The translations under genes were made by a program, and so were the position numbers. Positions 12,942-25,382 of a DNA stretch of 64,000 nt are shown here, piece after piece. The stretch covers positions 124,001-188,000 of the forward strand of contig RSEE01000009.1 in the NCBI GenBank assembly GCA_003971905.1, given 5' to 3'. The DNA comes from Moniliella sp. 'wahieum' (Eukaryota). Numbering within the stretch: position 1 is the first letter of the stretch; the number at the start of each line of letters is the position of its first letter. A model generated the notes under the pieces. That model searched no databases. It worked only from the letters and a program-made list of their open reading frames with translations, and had not been told where the DNA came from.

Positions 12942-15900
12942 ATGGGCCAGGCGCCCTCCCGCGCCCAGCTGCCCGCTGCCCAGCCGCCCCGCCCAAACAC
13001 AGCACGCCCCTCCGCCGCGTCTCCCCGCCCTCTCCCTCAGCCTCGCGCCCCCCCCCGTGCTTCCGCCCCCGCCTTCCACGCCGCCCGCCGTCCCATCGGC
13101 GGTTTGCCCCCGCCCGCCGCCCGCCGCCCCGCAACATCGGCCCCATCCGCACCCGCCGCCACCACCCCCGCCCCCGCTCCGCCCCGCCTCCGCCGCTGCC
13201 TCCGCCGCTGCCTCCGCCGCTCCCTCCACCCCCCATCCCAACCCCAATCCCCATGCCGCCCTCCCCCTAACCCACAGAGACCACCGCGTCTCCCCCATCG
13301 CCGAACTCGACGGGGAAGACAGCGGCCACCCCGGTCTCCGTGCCGCCTCCGCTCCCTTCCCTCTCCCTCGCCCACCCCGCCCCCACCTCGGCTTCCGCAC
13401 CGGCCTCCCCCCGCCGCCCGCCACCGCCTCCTACCGCACCCACGGTGCCCACTCGTTCCCCCTCCCCTCCGCACCAATTGCTTGCTTCGTCCATGCACCA
13501 CCACCATCAGCCCATTGGACCGACCTCGACACCCAAGGTACGTTGTTGGGGACCGATAACGCGTAACAAGAAGGCGTGGTCGTACTAACCCGTTTCCACC
13601 CCACTTTTCCCCCTCGCTCAGACTGCCGCGTTCGTCAGCGCAGGCTGACAGGCCTCCTCACCCCCATCTTTGGGCGTAAGAAGCACAGGAACCCATCCTT
13701 GCCTCTCACCCCGCCTGCCTCATGGAGCAACCCACCCCAGACGCGGCCCGACGCGTCCTCCGTGCCGAACGGGACCGGGTCACCGGTCCGACGCTCGCGT
13801 TCGCTCTACCATGTTCGTCCTGTGTCTGTCAGCGTGCCGGGGCGGGCAAGGGAACGCGCGCGCACGGCGCACTCGAGCCATACCAGCCCAGCTACTAGTC
13901 CGCAGGGCAGCTTCCGTGGGGGAAGCCGTGGCAGTCCGCGCCGCCGTCGTCGCAACAGTCCTGGCAGCAGCAGTCCTCGTCGCAGCCCGCATCGCGGCCC
14001 TCAACATAGTCCCCATCGCAGTCCCCGTGCCGACTCGGGGGGCAGCGCGGGTGGCCCCACGAGTGCCCCACGGGCCTTGCCATGGCCCAATTGGACAGTG
14101 CATCGGAGGAGGAGGGAGAACCCGGGTGGGATGCACTACAAGGCGCGTTGGACCCATCGCTTCGTCTCCCAGATCCCATGGTCACCTCGCTTGCATCCAA
14201 TTTCTTCTCATACCCCGCCCCGGGCTCCTCCACCCTCCCCCGCGCCAGTCCCAACCCCCCTCCCTCCCGCTCCCGGCCAGCTCTATCTGGAACGAACAGA
14301 GAGGAATCAGCGGCTCTTCACCTTGTCTCGCCAAACTCGGAGGGCCACAGCGTGGTCCTAGCCACAGCCAGAGTGGGGGACCGAGCTCCACACCAACTCG
14401 GGAGACATGCCCACGTTCAGTTTCAGTGGTTCCTCTACTGGCGCGGTCCATGTGACGGAAGACGTCACCGCTTCCATCGCCCCCCGGCTGGAACCAGGGC
14501 TGCTTCCTCCCTTTGGTAGCGAACACTCGTTCTCGCACGCTGGCAAGGACTGGCGGCAGGTCCGTATGACCGAGCGCGTACGCACGCTGCGTACGAAATG
14601 TACGTGCAGGCCATCCGAGGCGGCCCGCGACGGACCCGACCGCGCTTCCGACCATGGCGTGCCTGGCTGGGACAACAATGTTCCCCCACCTCCCAAGCGG
14701 ACGGGAAAGAAGGCATCCGTTATTGGTGTCAACCCCGCCCCTCGTCCTGCCCATCCTTCTCACACGGCTCCCATACCTTCCCTGTTGAACCCAACCCCCC
14801 GCCGGGAGACCAAGATGGACATGGACATGGAAACCCACACCGGTCCAGCCCGTTGCCTCCTGATCTGTCCCCGCTTACCCTCCCCCGGGAGGACCTTTAC
14901 CGGTGGTGCCGCACCAAGCGACCGGCTTGGTCTTTGCAGCGCGAGCAGCCCGAGAGCAGTACCAACTCGCGGTCCCCCACGTCGCCGTCTCGCACGCGGC
15001 ATACCAAGTCATCCCATCATCACAGCCCATCCTCATCCTCATCCTCCGTCCCAACCGGCCTCCGTCCGCATCCCCTCGCGGCTTCAGGACTTCAGCGCGC
15101 ATCGGTGCCGACTCAACTGCGTGCGCACGCGCACGCCCCCACTCCTGCTAGCCAAAGTCTGGCGATCGCGCTGGGTCTGGCGGACCAAGCCAGCCCCACC
15201 TTTGGCCCGAGCAAAAGAGGTGGAGGTAGAGTCGAGTGGCCACACGGACATTCTGTTTGACCGTGCGCTGGATCCCGCGCTGTCCCCGCTCAGTCCTGCG
15301 CGGAAGAGCATGATGATCGAACGGTCCGAGGTACCGTTAGCGGAGGGCGCGATGCAAGCCTCGCTCGTGGCGCTCCGAGCGCTGCAGATGAGCAACGACG
15401 ACCTGAGTCATGTCGGTGCGTTTGAACGGTTGATGGGCCATCCTCCGTCACTCCACCCGCTCCGATCTGACTCGCTCGCCGCCGCGCGCCAGCGTGCCGC
15501 CCCTTACACGTTGATCGCGCCCGACGGCAGGATCGCTGGACCCAGTTCGACCAGCCGCTCGTACCGCTCCAGCGGTCGGGTCGCTCTATCGCCTCGACCG
15601 CGACTGGCAACGAAGCGGGACGGGTGGTTCCGTCCAAACCGTTGGCCCACGGCATCTCGGTCACGATTGATGTCGGAACCTTTTCCACCACCGAGTTAGA
15701 GGAGGTGACGGCGCTGTTTGAGACGCTTTTGTCGTATCGGCGCAGCAAGCGACAAAAACAGCGCGCGAACCGCTTCAAAAGCAACCAAGTCGCACCGTCC
15801 GTCGCGCACCTCGGTCCAAGCGCCCGCCCTCGACTTGGAGGAGGAGGTACTGCTGACTTTCGTCGGCGGCTCGGGAACCGAACGGGCGAGCTGGAATCCT

Positions 15901-16629
15901 CCTCTTCGTCCCGTCGCGAGCGGGCGCAGGAGCAGGAGTCAGAGAGCCCTTCCTTGCCCAGGGACAGTCGCCGAACTGTTTTCTGCTTCCCCTCCGTGGC
16001 AGCGCCCTCGTCGCAGCGCCCCGCGCCGTACGTCCTTCTACCGATTCCTCTGGTCCCGATACGGGTCGGCTGGCCGATGCGGAATCGGGTCCGTCGGGAG
16101 ATCCACTGGGATCGCTGGTAGAACGGTTGGATGCACTGGTGGTCAAGCCTCCGCTGGGCTCGTCGCGTGCGGCGCCACCTCTGGGTACGCGGCACTGGCG
16201 TACCCATTCCCGGTTCCGCCTCAAGCAAGACAACCAACCGCCGCTGGCCGCTGCGCATGCTGCCTCCTTCCCGCCGCCGCGAGTGCGCGCCAAGCGCGGG
16301 ATCGGGAGCGCAGCGGGGCCGAGAACCACTCCAATGGCCCGTCCGAGGGCCACTCGCCTCCCACTCGGCTCGATACCGCGTCAAGACGAGAAAAGTGGCG
16401 GCCGAAGACAACGGATCGGTACGAGCACGAGGATATTGTCCAGTGGCAAGCTACGCTGCAAACTCCCGTTGTGGCCCCCATCACGGCGCGCACGAGGAAC
16501 CGATTGTCTAAGGGACGCTTGCGTTGGGGTTGGGCGGGTGTCTGCCACTGGCCCCCTCCCCGTTGTCTCGTTTGGGCTGGGGCCGTAGCGTACTACGGCC
16601 CGAGCCCACGAGCGCGAGTGGCTTTATGA
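12942..16629 (+). CDS. Large low-complexity Pro/Ser/Arg-rich hypothetical protein; intron 13538-13621; 3' end uncertain
   Basis: ATG MGQAPS, canonical GTACGT...CTAAC...CAG intron, and a chain of overlapping long + strand ORFs; no recognisable domain. Confidence 0.5.
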
Positions 16630-17381
16630 CGGATCTGTGCTTCTGTCCTATGCTGCTTTTCTTGTTTCCTTTTCCACCATGCGCTTTTCTCATCTAGCTT
16701 CCAGCGTCAAGCTGCTACATACATGCAATCTACCAAATCCTACCTGTCTGCTTTGGCTGGTATGGGCTCCGGGCCTCCTTGCGCCTTTTTTCTCCCTCTC
16801 TCCTTCCCCCCCGGGCCCATTGTCTTTTTTATTCCCTCCCCTCTTCCCACTGTCTCTCCCCTCCGTCCGCTTCATCCCTTCCCCCCGCTCCCATCGGGCT
16901 GACTACCCCTTTCATCTCTTGCCTACCGCTGTTGCCTATCGCGTGCGCTGCCTCCTCGGCGCCGGCCGAGCCGACGCTTGACCCTCCTTTTTTTCATCAA
17001 TCATCTCCTACTTGAAGTGCTTCTTGCCTTTATATATCTGCCCTCCCGATCTCCCCCTATAGATAGGTGACTTTGTTTCGCCCCCTGTCACCACGTGCTC
17101 ATCCCCCCCCCCCTCTGCGCCCTGTGTGTTCAGTGTGAATACGTTGGCATGGCCGATTGAATGTGGCCCGGTGAACGCTTGACGCGCAACGCCCCATGAT
17201 GCATGTGCATGACCTGCATGACGCAGCCCTATGTATCCCCTCCTGGCCTTTGGCTGTGCGAGAACAACCAAGCTGACCCTGAACGCAACGCAATGCATGC
17301 ATCGATGGTTCTCCCACGCGAGGGTGAGGCAGCGTCGGCGCGGGAAGCAGATGCCCTCCGAGCCGAACGAAACGAAGATGG

Positions 17382-19424
17382 CTAGGAGTAAGAGCGCGAG
17401 CTGGCGAGCTGGGAGCGGGTCTGGGCGCGGCGTCGCGCCAGGGGGATAGCCAGGCCCGCAACGACGGTGGCGCCGAGGCAGGCCAGGCTCCAGACCAGTA
17501 CGGGCGCGTAGCCCGGCACGCCAAAGGAGGAGCGGGATGGGCGGGCCGCTTGGCCGCGCTGCAGCAGCGCGGCGGCGGTCATGGGCCCGAGGATGGCAGC
17601 GAGCGCTTTGATGGCATTGTAGGATAACAGTACTTTGCCTGCTGGCGACGCGTTCCAGCGCCCTACTTCGCCACACGACGCGCCCCACGTGGCGGTGTAC
17701 GCGCCGGCCGAGGCACCGACAATGGCCATGCCGAGCATGATGGCGACCAAGTGCGAGGCTAGTACGCCCAATAAGATCGTCACGGCCAGCACCGAGCTCA
17801 GGCCCACCCGACTGTCGCCCAGGCATAGTCGCCGTGCAACCACACGTCGATGCCCAGTCCCAGTCCCACCTGGCCCACCAGCGCCGAGGCGTTGACCACG
17901 GCCACCCCGGCCGTACCGGCTCGGCTACCGCCGTTAGCCTCAATCAGTTCCGACACGTACAGCGTCAAGGACAGGTAGGCCGCACTGACGAACAAATTGG
18001 CCAGCGCCTACGCGTCCGCGTCCCACCCATGCCAGCCAAGTGAGCGCACTGGGTTAGTATAACGGCACAACAACCTCAGGGGAGAGAATGGGAAGAGGAA
18101 GAGGGAAAGGAAGAGGGAAAGGGAAAGGAATGATCGGACGTACGTTGACCAAGTACAGCGGGCACCAAAGCCAACTTGCCGGGCGCCACTGGGACCAGCG
18201 CGTGCGGTTCTTTTTCTTTTTATCGTTGGCATCGTCATCCTCCTCTTCCACCTGCTGCTGCACCTGCTGCGCCTGCTCCTGCTCCTGTTGAGCCTGCGGG
18301 TCGGACGGGGTCTCAGTGTCGCGGTGGGCGTGTGGGAGCTCGTCTTCCGTCGACCGAGGCCGGAGAGGGACACGCGGGTGCATCAGGCCCAGTCCCAGTC
18401 CTCCGACCAGGACCAAGAAGGCGGCCCAGCAGCGCAGTGTGCCTGCCAGCCCCCAGCGGTCCAGCGCGAGCAAGAGCAAGCTGGGCAAGGCGGTGGCGCC
18501 CAAACAGCCACCACTAAAGATGACAGAGCCGGCCATGCTGCGTCGTCGGGCGGACCACCAGCCTGGGAACCACATGCACAGCGGGTTGCTCAGCAGTCCG
18601 CCCGCCACCCCGGGCAGCGCGCCCATCAACCCGACCAGCGCGCCGGGCGATAACGTCCAGCTGGCCACGAGCAACGAGATGCCGCCCAGGACGAGGCCGA
18701 GGGTGCAGATGTGTTTGGTGTACCAGGGCCAGCGCGCAAAGAGCGGTTGGGTCGCCGGGCCAGTGAGGTAGGTGACGCAGGTCAGCACGGTCGAGATGGC
18801 CGAGAGCGAGACTTGGGATGCAGTGGGGAACGTGCTGACCAAGAACGGTTGCCATACCCCGACGCAGAACACGGGGCCAAACACAGCCAGTTCCAACAAC
18901 ACTGCCGCCCCGACGAATTGCCATGCGCCCCAGCCCCCATCCATCGGCGGCAGAGACGCGTCGTCATCAGCCACCGACAGGCGTGAAAGAAGTTCATCCT
19001 CCTTGCGCACCGTCGAGGCAGAGCGCGCACCAGAGGAAGCAAGAGGGGGGTAAGCGTACTGCCTCGCCTGCGAGGCAGACGAGGCCCGCGAGGCCGACCG
19101 CGACCGCGAACGCGAGCGCGACACGGACAGAGTCGCCGACGAAGCCAGTGTGCTCGATCCGGGGCGGAGACCGCGGCCGCGGGGAAGGCTGTGCCGGCCG
19201 CGCTCGGGCGAAGAGGCGCGGCTGCACTTGGTGCTGGCCAGGGTCGAGACCGAACCTGCGTCCCAGTCCAACTCGCTGGGTGGCAGCTTGCAAGGCGGGC
19301 TCAGCAGCGCCGGCGAGGGGGGGCGCAGATCGGTGGCAGAGAGGGGGGGCGAGGTGGGCGATCCAGCGGGCTGCTCAAGCTGGGGCCACGGGGCGAGCTC
19401 GATTGAGTTGGAGGGCGGGGCCAT
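17382..19424 (-). CDS. MFS transporter, monocarboxylate porter (MCH/MCT-like) family; intron ~18049-18143
   Basis: PPMDGGWGAWQFVGAAVL...GVWQ N-terminal MCT signature; WFPGWWSARRRSMAGSVIFSGG; multiple TM helices. Confidence 0.85.
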
Positions 19425-20253
19425 GGCTGACCTGCTAGCGCACAAGACGGGAAGTGTGTTGGTGCGGGATCAAGTCTAAGGACGGATGGATGCGGAGGGG
19501 CGGGGAGGGCTTATATATGCCCCACCATCGCTGGGCCTGCGTCTGCGACGGCCATGTGCGATGCGCAAGACGGCCGATCCGACGAGCAAGCAACGCAAAT
19601 GAAAATGCACACGGCGACAAGATGAGATGAGAAGAGGCGAGGTTGGAGCAGGCCAGACGAAGCGAACGGCAGCGGAGGGCCACGGCAGACGCGGGGAAAT
19701 TTTTGCCGGGCACTGCATCGCAGTACAGCACCATCCCCCTCGCGCAATAATTTAAGGCCCACTCGCCCAGTCACTCAGCCGTCACGCATCGCCCAGCCCC
19801 CTGGCCTGCTCCAGCAGGCTTTGGGCGTTTCTTTACGTGCGCCATGCATCTCGGATCGATTTGACAGCCACGCGGCTGGCCAGCGTCCTCATCGATCGTC
19901 GGTCCCAGTGCGGTCCTCGCCGGGTCACCAGTCACGCCTGCTGCCTGCCTCAGTGCTCTGGTAGCCTTGCTCGGTGTGGACATGGCGACAAGGCCGAAGT
20001 ATAGCCGCCAGACTCCCCAGGAAGCTGGACGCACCAGAGTCTTTGGCCGAGCACGGCGAGGCATGAACATACTAAGCCCGCAGTACGGCAGTCTCCCAGT
20101 AGTACAAGTCACACTGTCCAGGTCCACACAATGTCACACCTGTCCGGCCTCACACGTCCCACGGCTTCACATCTCCTGTTTTATCGATTGTCCCGAGGCC
20201 ACAGGTGATGGTGATGAAGGATGCATGATGCATGCATGATGGCATTAGTTTTT

Positions 20254-20295
20254 ACACGGTAGTTGACACGGTAGTTGACACGGTAGTGAGCACGG
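20254..20295. repeat. 12-bp tandem repeat (ACACGGTAGTTG) x~3
   Basis: Read directly; lies at the left edge of the lower-GC block. Confidence 0.8.
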
Positions 20296-20799
20296 CTACT
20301 ACGCCTGGTGCCTTGAGGAAAAGGAATCGATTATCGTTAATCGAGCGTAATCGATAATCGATAATCCCAGACGCTATCCTATTAGGAAAAGCCGATGGCG
20401 TCAGCCCGGAAAAATGTGACAGCAGTCCGAAGAGTAGGCACTCTGCAGCACATTCAATCCAGGGCGCCCACATGTTCCCCGGAGCCTCTCCACAACCCGC
20501 TCGTGGAGGAAGAAAGGGCCCGGGAAACAGCAGGAAGAGCGGAGAGAAAGATGAGTAAACTCAAGCGTGTGCAACTGTATACCACATGTGGTATAGGATC
20601 AGGGCGTTTGATCCACCTTCAGAGGTGGAGGCGGACCACACCACTGCAGTAGCACACCTATCTTGAGGAGGAACTTGGGGACGGAGGAGGCAGAGATATG
20701 TTAGGACAGACCGCGCATGGCAGAGCCACGAGAGAAAACGTCCCCGTATATTACGGCTCTCTCTGTGGAGAATCTACACTTCATAACAGAGAGGCCCGT

Positions 20800-21627
20800 G
20801 CCTCAAGCTCTCTGACCAGCAGGTCACCAGAGGCAGGTTGGTCTCCAGCTCCGTAAGCTGTGCCGCACCAGGCGCAGCATGTGCAAGTGCGACGTCATGT
20901 CCTCGCTGGAGCACATCATGTCTTGCACCCGCACCCAGGCCAAGTTTGGTGCGTTGCACGAAGCAGTGCGGGAGCCCATTCTCCAGCTCATACGCTCCAT
21001 CCCCGACACCCACGTCCGCAACGAACCTATGGTGGAGGAAATGGATGGGACGAGGCACGGACGGAGGGGACAGCGCACCGATTACCGCATGATGGGGTCC
21101 GGAGCACTCGGAGGATCAGGAATGGAGGTAGACCACACGCTGCGGGACACGGGATCGCAGGAGGCGCAGAGCGCGTACCGGAGGGGAGGGTGGTGCTTGA
21201 GAGCACCGCGACGCCCTTGGAACGCCGGGAGAAGGAGCTGCTTGGGCTGCTTGAACAAGCAGAATGCGACAAGAACGCCAAGTACCAGGGACGCACTCAA
21301 GAGCCGTTTTTCCCCCTGGTTTTGACGACGCGAGGATACTATGGCACTAAGACAGCGGGCAAGCTGTTTGCGCATTGGGAGGATTTGGCTACTAAGTCTC
21401 AATGGAAATGGTTCCTCGCTCGGATGTCAGCCACGTTCATCCGTGTCCACACGCGCTTCCTAGGGTACGGGACCGGATGGCGACTACCGGAGGGCCCTGA
21501 TATCCTGCGATCCCCCTGGTTCCCTGACCTTGGTGGCGCTTCCAAGTATAACCCGGGCAAGAGGAACGGTTCGGTTTAGACGTAGCGTTTCCCCTGTCCC
21601 AGCCTTAAGCTGTGTCAATGAAATGGA
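20800..21627 (+). mobile_element. 5'-truncated non-LTR retrotransposon, CRE-clade-like (Cnl1/MoTeR type): zinc knuckle plus restriction-like endonuclease, no RT visible
   Basis: Joined frames: LKLSDQQV...C..CDVMSSLEHIMSC (CCHC), LHEAVR, EP...RTD..., EVDHT, AECDKNAKY, FFPLVLTTRGYYG. This is the CCHC, (R)H, D, D, KxxKY, F.P order of RLE elements. Stop at 21577-21579. Confidence 0.8.
21549..21627 (+). repeat. ~80-bp dispersed repeat, copy A (overlaps the RLE ORF stop codon)
   Basis: 24-bp core GAACGGTTCGGTTTAGACGTAGCG identical in three copies, followed by CCCTGTCCCAGCCTTAAGCT.TGTCAA.GA.ATGGA. Confidence 0.92.
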
Positions 21628-21703
21628 CGCGATCTAGAGATATACCGGAGCATATTAGCAGACTATCATGCCAGAATATACCCCACCTCCCTCGGAACTT
21701 GTG

Positions 21704-21789
21704 TACCCCCCGCAAGATGAACGGTTCGGTTTAGACGTAGCGTTCCCTCTGTCCCTGCCTTAAGCGCTAAGCTCTGTCAATGATATGGA
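21704..21789 (+). repeat. ~80-bp dispersed repeat, copy B (carries a +7 insertion)
   Basis: Same core; CCTTAAGCGCTAAGCTCTG where the other copies have CCTTAAGCT(C/G)TG. Confidence 0.92.
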
Positions 21790-22268
21790 TTCGAAGTCGT
21801 GCTTATCTCGATCATCAATCGCAGCCACTATGGGGCATCGTGTGCATCATGCCTCACTCAGTGGTATACCGATGTTACAAAAGTAGCCGTCACTTGAGGC
21901 CTGATGCCTGAGGTTGCGGAAAATGCGGGCACAAAACTATATATATCGAGCGAGGAGCTGTGCACAGTCTCGCAGTTGTTCCTAGTAGTAGAATAGGAAC
22001 GAGTCACAGGTATACACTCACGGTGTGTGCTGCTGGCACTGCATCTCCCCGCGATCCTCCGCATCCCTCCGCATCGACATCCCTCAGCACACCCTGCGCA
22101 CTCTACCCCAATCTCTCCCCCAATCTTTTGCCTTATTCATGTGAATGTGATCAGTTACTATTATTAGTCATCGGGCCAGTGGCCAATTCCGTTCCGTCGT
22201 CAGCGCAACAGCCTCCTCGCCTTCGCGTACTACTATAATTAAATAGCGGGTCTCACTCTCCCATCCTC

Positions 22269-22328
22269 CACCCACAAAGTCTTACACTGCCCTCCTCCCA
22301 CCAACAAGGTCTTACACTGCCCTCCTCC
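22269..22328. repeat. 30-bp tandem duplication
   Basis: CACCCACAAAGTCTTACACTGCCCTCCTCC followed by CACCAACAAGGTCTTACACTGCCCTCCTCC. Confidence 0.85.
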
Positions 22329-22636
22329 CCTCGTCGAAGGCGTACGTTCATCCTGTCTCCTACTGGCTCGCTCACCGCATCTGCAATCTGCCGCTATCGG
22401 GAGCACCAGCATTCTCCGGCACCACAACAGCGGCTCTCCGTTGCCCTGCGCCGCTTCCATTACAAGACTGCAGCCCAAAAGAAAACATATGGCTTTGAAG
22501 TCAGCCACCGTTCCCACTACTTTCCCGCGCTTTTCTCTCTCTCTCCGCCCTCATCGCCATTGTTGTGGCCAGAGCAACAGCTCCCTCGCAACACCTTCAA
22601 CCCCATCTATCCTGTCCACATCTCTTTACTGCGGCA

Positions 22637-24877
22637 ATGTCGTCCGACACCAAGAAAGTCCAAGGCGCTGTTCACGCAGCCTGACTCCGATGAGGGAGAG
22701 GCCCCACCGGCCTACTCGCCGATAAAACCCCGCACCTTCCCCCCCATCTCCGACACTACTCAAACCGTCACACCCAGACGAGTGCGTCGCCCATCTACGT
22801 CTGCTCGCTGTTTTTGCCGATTTGCGCGATTCGATCGGCCATACCGATGGCATGTTTGGCCTGTGGGATAAAGACGTGCTGGCCGACTTTGAAACCGAAG
22901 ACGATCGGAACAAGGCGCTGGCGCTGGTAAGGGAGAAGCGCTGGGCGGTGTATCTGGTACGAGCGATGGATCGATTCGAGCGGTTTTGGTTTGACTGCCT
23001 ACCTAGCTCTTCGGGGCCATTGATCACTCTGGACCTGATCGAATCCCGTACAGGTATGTCGGAAATGATGAAGAACCCAAAGTTGCCATCGGACCCGCCG
23101 TTGTGGCATCCGGACAAGTTGCCGCCGCTGGATGTGTTGATGGTTTGGCACACATTTTGCCTCAATCCGATCAACTACCTTGAAGACTGTCTCCGCACGC
23201 GACACATGCAGGTTTGGTACGCCGGGTTCCCCTGGGCCCTGATTGACAATTGCATCAACGACTCGCTCGACTACTTGCCCTCTGCCAAGGCGGCTGAGCA
23301 CTTTCAATCGCGCACCGGCCGTGCTTGGCGCAACCAAGAAGAGAAGAAAGGGAAGAGAATCAAGTGTCCCCGCTGTAAGCGCCTGAGAGAGGTTCCGTGG
23401 GTCACAGGCGGCCGACTGGGCGAGTTGGAAAAGCCGTGGTTCAACGCGAAGGATGGGTTTACAGATTCCAACTGGGTTACCACCTGCCGCGCCTGCTCCT
23501 TTCGCATCACCCAGGTAATCTGCGTGTCGCCAAATTCCGTACGGATTACCAGGACCTCACGCAGCGAAGGGTTGTGATGCCGGGCACAATCATTCCGTCT
23601 AATGGCTGTCGCCCGGCCTTTAGTGAAGACATGGGCACGACCATTTACCAGACGTATGGCAGCCGTATGTTGCTGAAGAACCCGTGGGTCGAGAAACAAC
23701 TCAACCTGAAGACCAATCCCCAGACTACCATCCTCGACGTGCGCAACGCGATCGGAAGGAGCTTTGCCTCGTTGCCGTTTCTGTCGAGTGTAGGGAACAA
23801 GCAATATGTCAGCCCCCTAGTGGCTCAAGTTCGACGCACCAGTATTCGGTCGATGCTGTCGCGCTACTGGGAAAATTCGTCTCCGTTTGGACTGGATTTG
23901 GTTGGAGCAGTATTGCGTCAAGGTACCTTTATCCGCAAGATGGACGAGATTGATTGGCTGCATTCACCCGCGCTGGAGCAGACAATGACCCGGTTGATTG
24001 ACAAGTACGCCATTTTTCTCCAAATCATCAAGATGTACCGTGGGGATATGGCGGTGCCGACGCTGGACGTGGACTTGGCTTGGCACACCCACCAGCTCAT
24101 GCCAGCGCGGTACGATTCCTACATGCAACACCATGTGGGTAAGATGATCAATCATAAGGACAAGGTACCCTCGGGTCAGCTGAGCGATGCGTTCGAGTTC
24201 ACCTCGAAGAAGTACAGTAAGATCACCAATGGCCAGCCCTACTCCGAGTGCACCTGTTGGTACTGCGAGGCGGTGCGGGAAGGGGAGAATGCCCGTATCT
24301 CCCCTGCCTTCTTGTTTTCCTCGTCTTCTGCGTCCATAGCGCGAAGAAATTCGGACGCCCTCTATGCCAATCCTGCCATCCACCACGACAATCCCGGCCG
24401 CAACGCTCACATCTCCACCCACGACGCGGTACCGGGCGAGGGGGGTAAGAAGTTGGTTTCCAAGGAAGTCATGCGCCACCGTCATCTTGTGTCCAAGGCA
24501 GAGGCGGCCCAACGCAGACTGCACAAGCGCGGCCTGCTAACCTCCTCACCGGACGAGAATCGGGAACGGGGCGGGTTGACAAAACGCCTCCGATGGCGTG
24601 GGGCATCTACCCAATCTACAAGCCTTACTACGCTCCGTACTACCCGGACCCATGCATCACCGCCGGATCAGGCTCGGGCATGTACCCGGGTAACCCTGCG
24701 TGCGCGACCCTGGGTAGCGGCAACGTTGGCGCGTGCATACCTGGAACATGTGGTGCCACTATAGCCGCAGGTACATGTGGTGGGAGGGACTACGGCAATG
24801 ATGCGGGCGGATACCCCTATAGGCCCGCGTCGGGCCCGTTTGCGGCAGGGTGTGGTACTGGAGCTAAATTTGGGTGA
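22637..24877 (+). CDS. DUF1399 / glycine-rich domain-containing protein (GRDP-like), apparently intronless, frameshifted
   Basis: PPAY...ECVAHLRLL, LPPLDVLMVWHTFCLNP..YLEDC, LDLVGAVLRQGTFIRKM..IDWL, AVPTLDVDLAWHTHQL, YSECTCWYCEA, HISTHDAV, and a Gly/Cys-rich tail GACIPGTCGATIAAGTCGG. Confidence 0.88.
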
Positions 24878-25382
24878 TGCTCCCATCCAGACTCAATAGT
24901 GCAGTAGTTAACCGCATCCTTGGCTAATATAACGGGGTTGCCGGCTTCCCAGGCAGATACAAGACTCACGGAGTGTCATAGTTTGGCTGATCTCTCGCTC
25001 CTTCCCTGTTTCTTCCACTTCGCACTATGTCCTCTGTTCTTGCTTCCCCACTGCACGAACGATAATGTCACAGTCGGGGCTAAGGCGAAGGAGACTAGAG
25101 TCGGACTAGGCCAAGGGTGTAGCAATCGTCCGTGGAGAAGAAGCAAGAACAGAGGACATAGTGCGAAGGGAAGAAACAGGGAAAGAGAGAGACGCTCGAG
25201 ACGAAGAAATTGGAAATGGGGGAGCGAGACCAGCCAAACTATGACACGGAGAACTGATCGGAAAGGTGGTGCTTCGAGAGTGGAGTTCGTTTAGACGATG
25301 AGGGTGAAGGGGGAATATAACGGTGGAGGGCTTGGGCGATCACAATTGGATCTAAGAACAGGCAGATTTTATATTCCAAAAG

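Noticed and set aside
21564..21587. GGTTTAGAC resemblance to large-subunit rRNA
   Set aside because: Only ~9 matching bases and no surrounding rRNA similarity.
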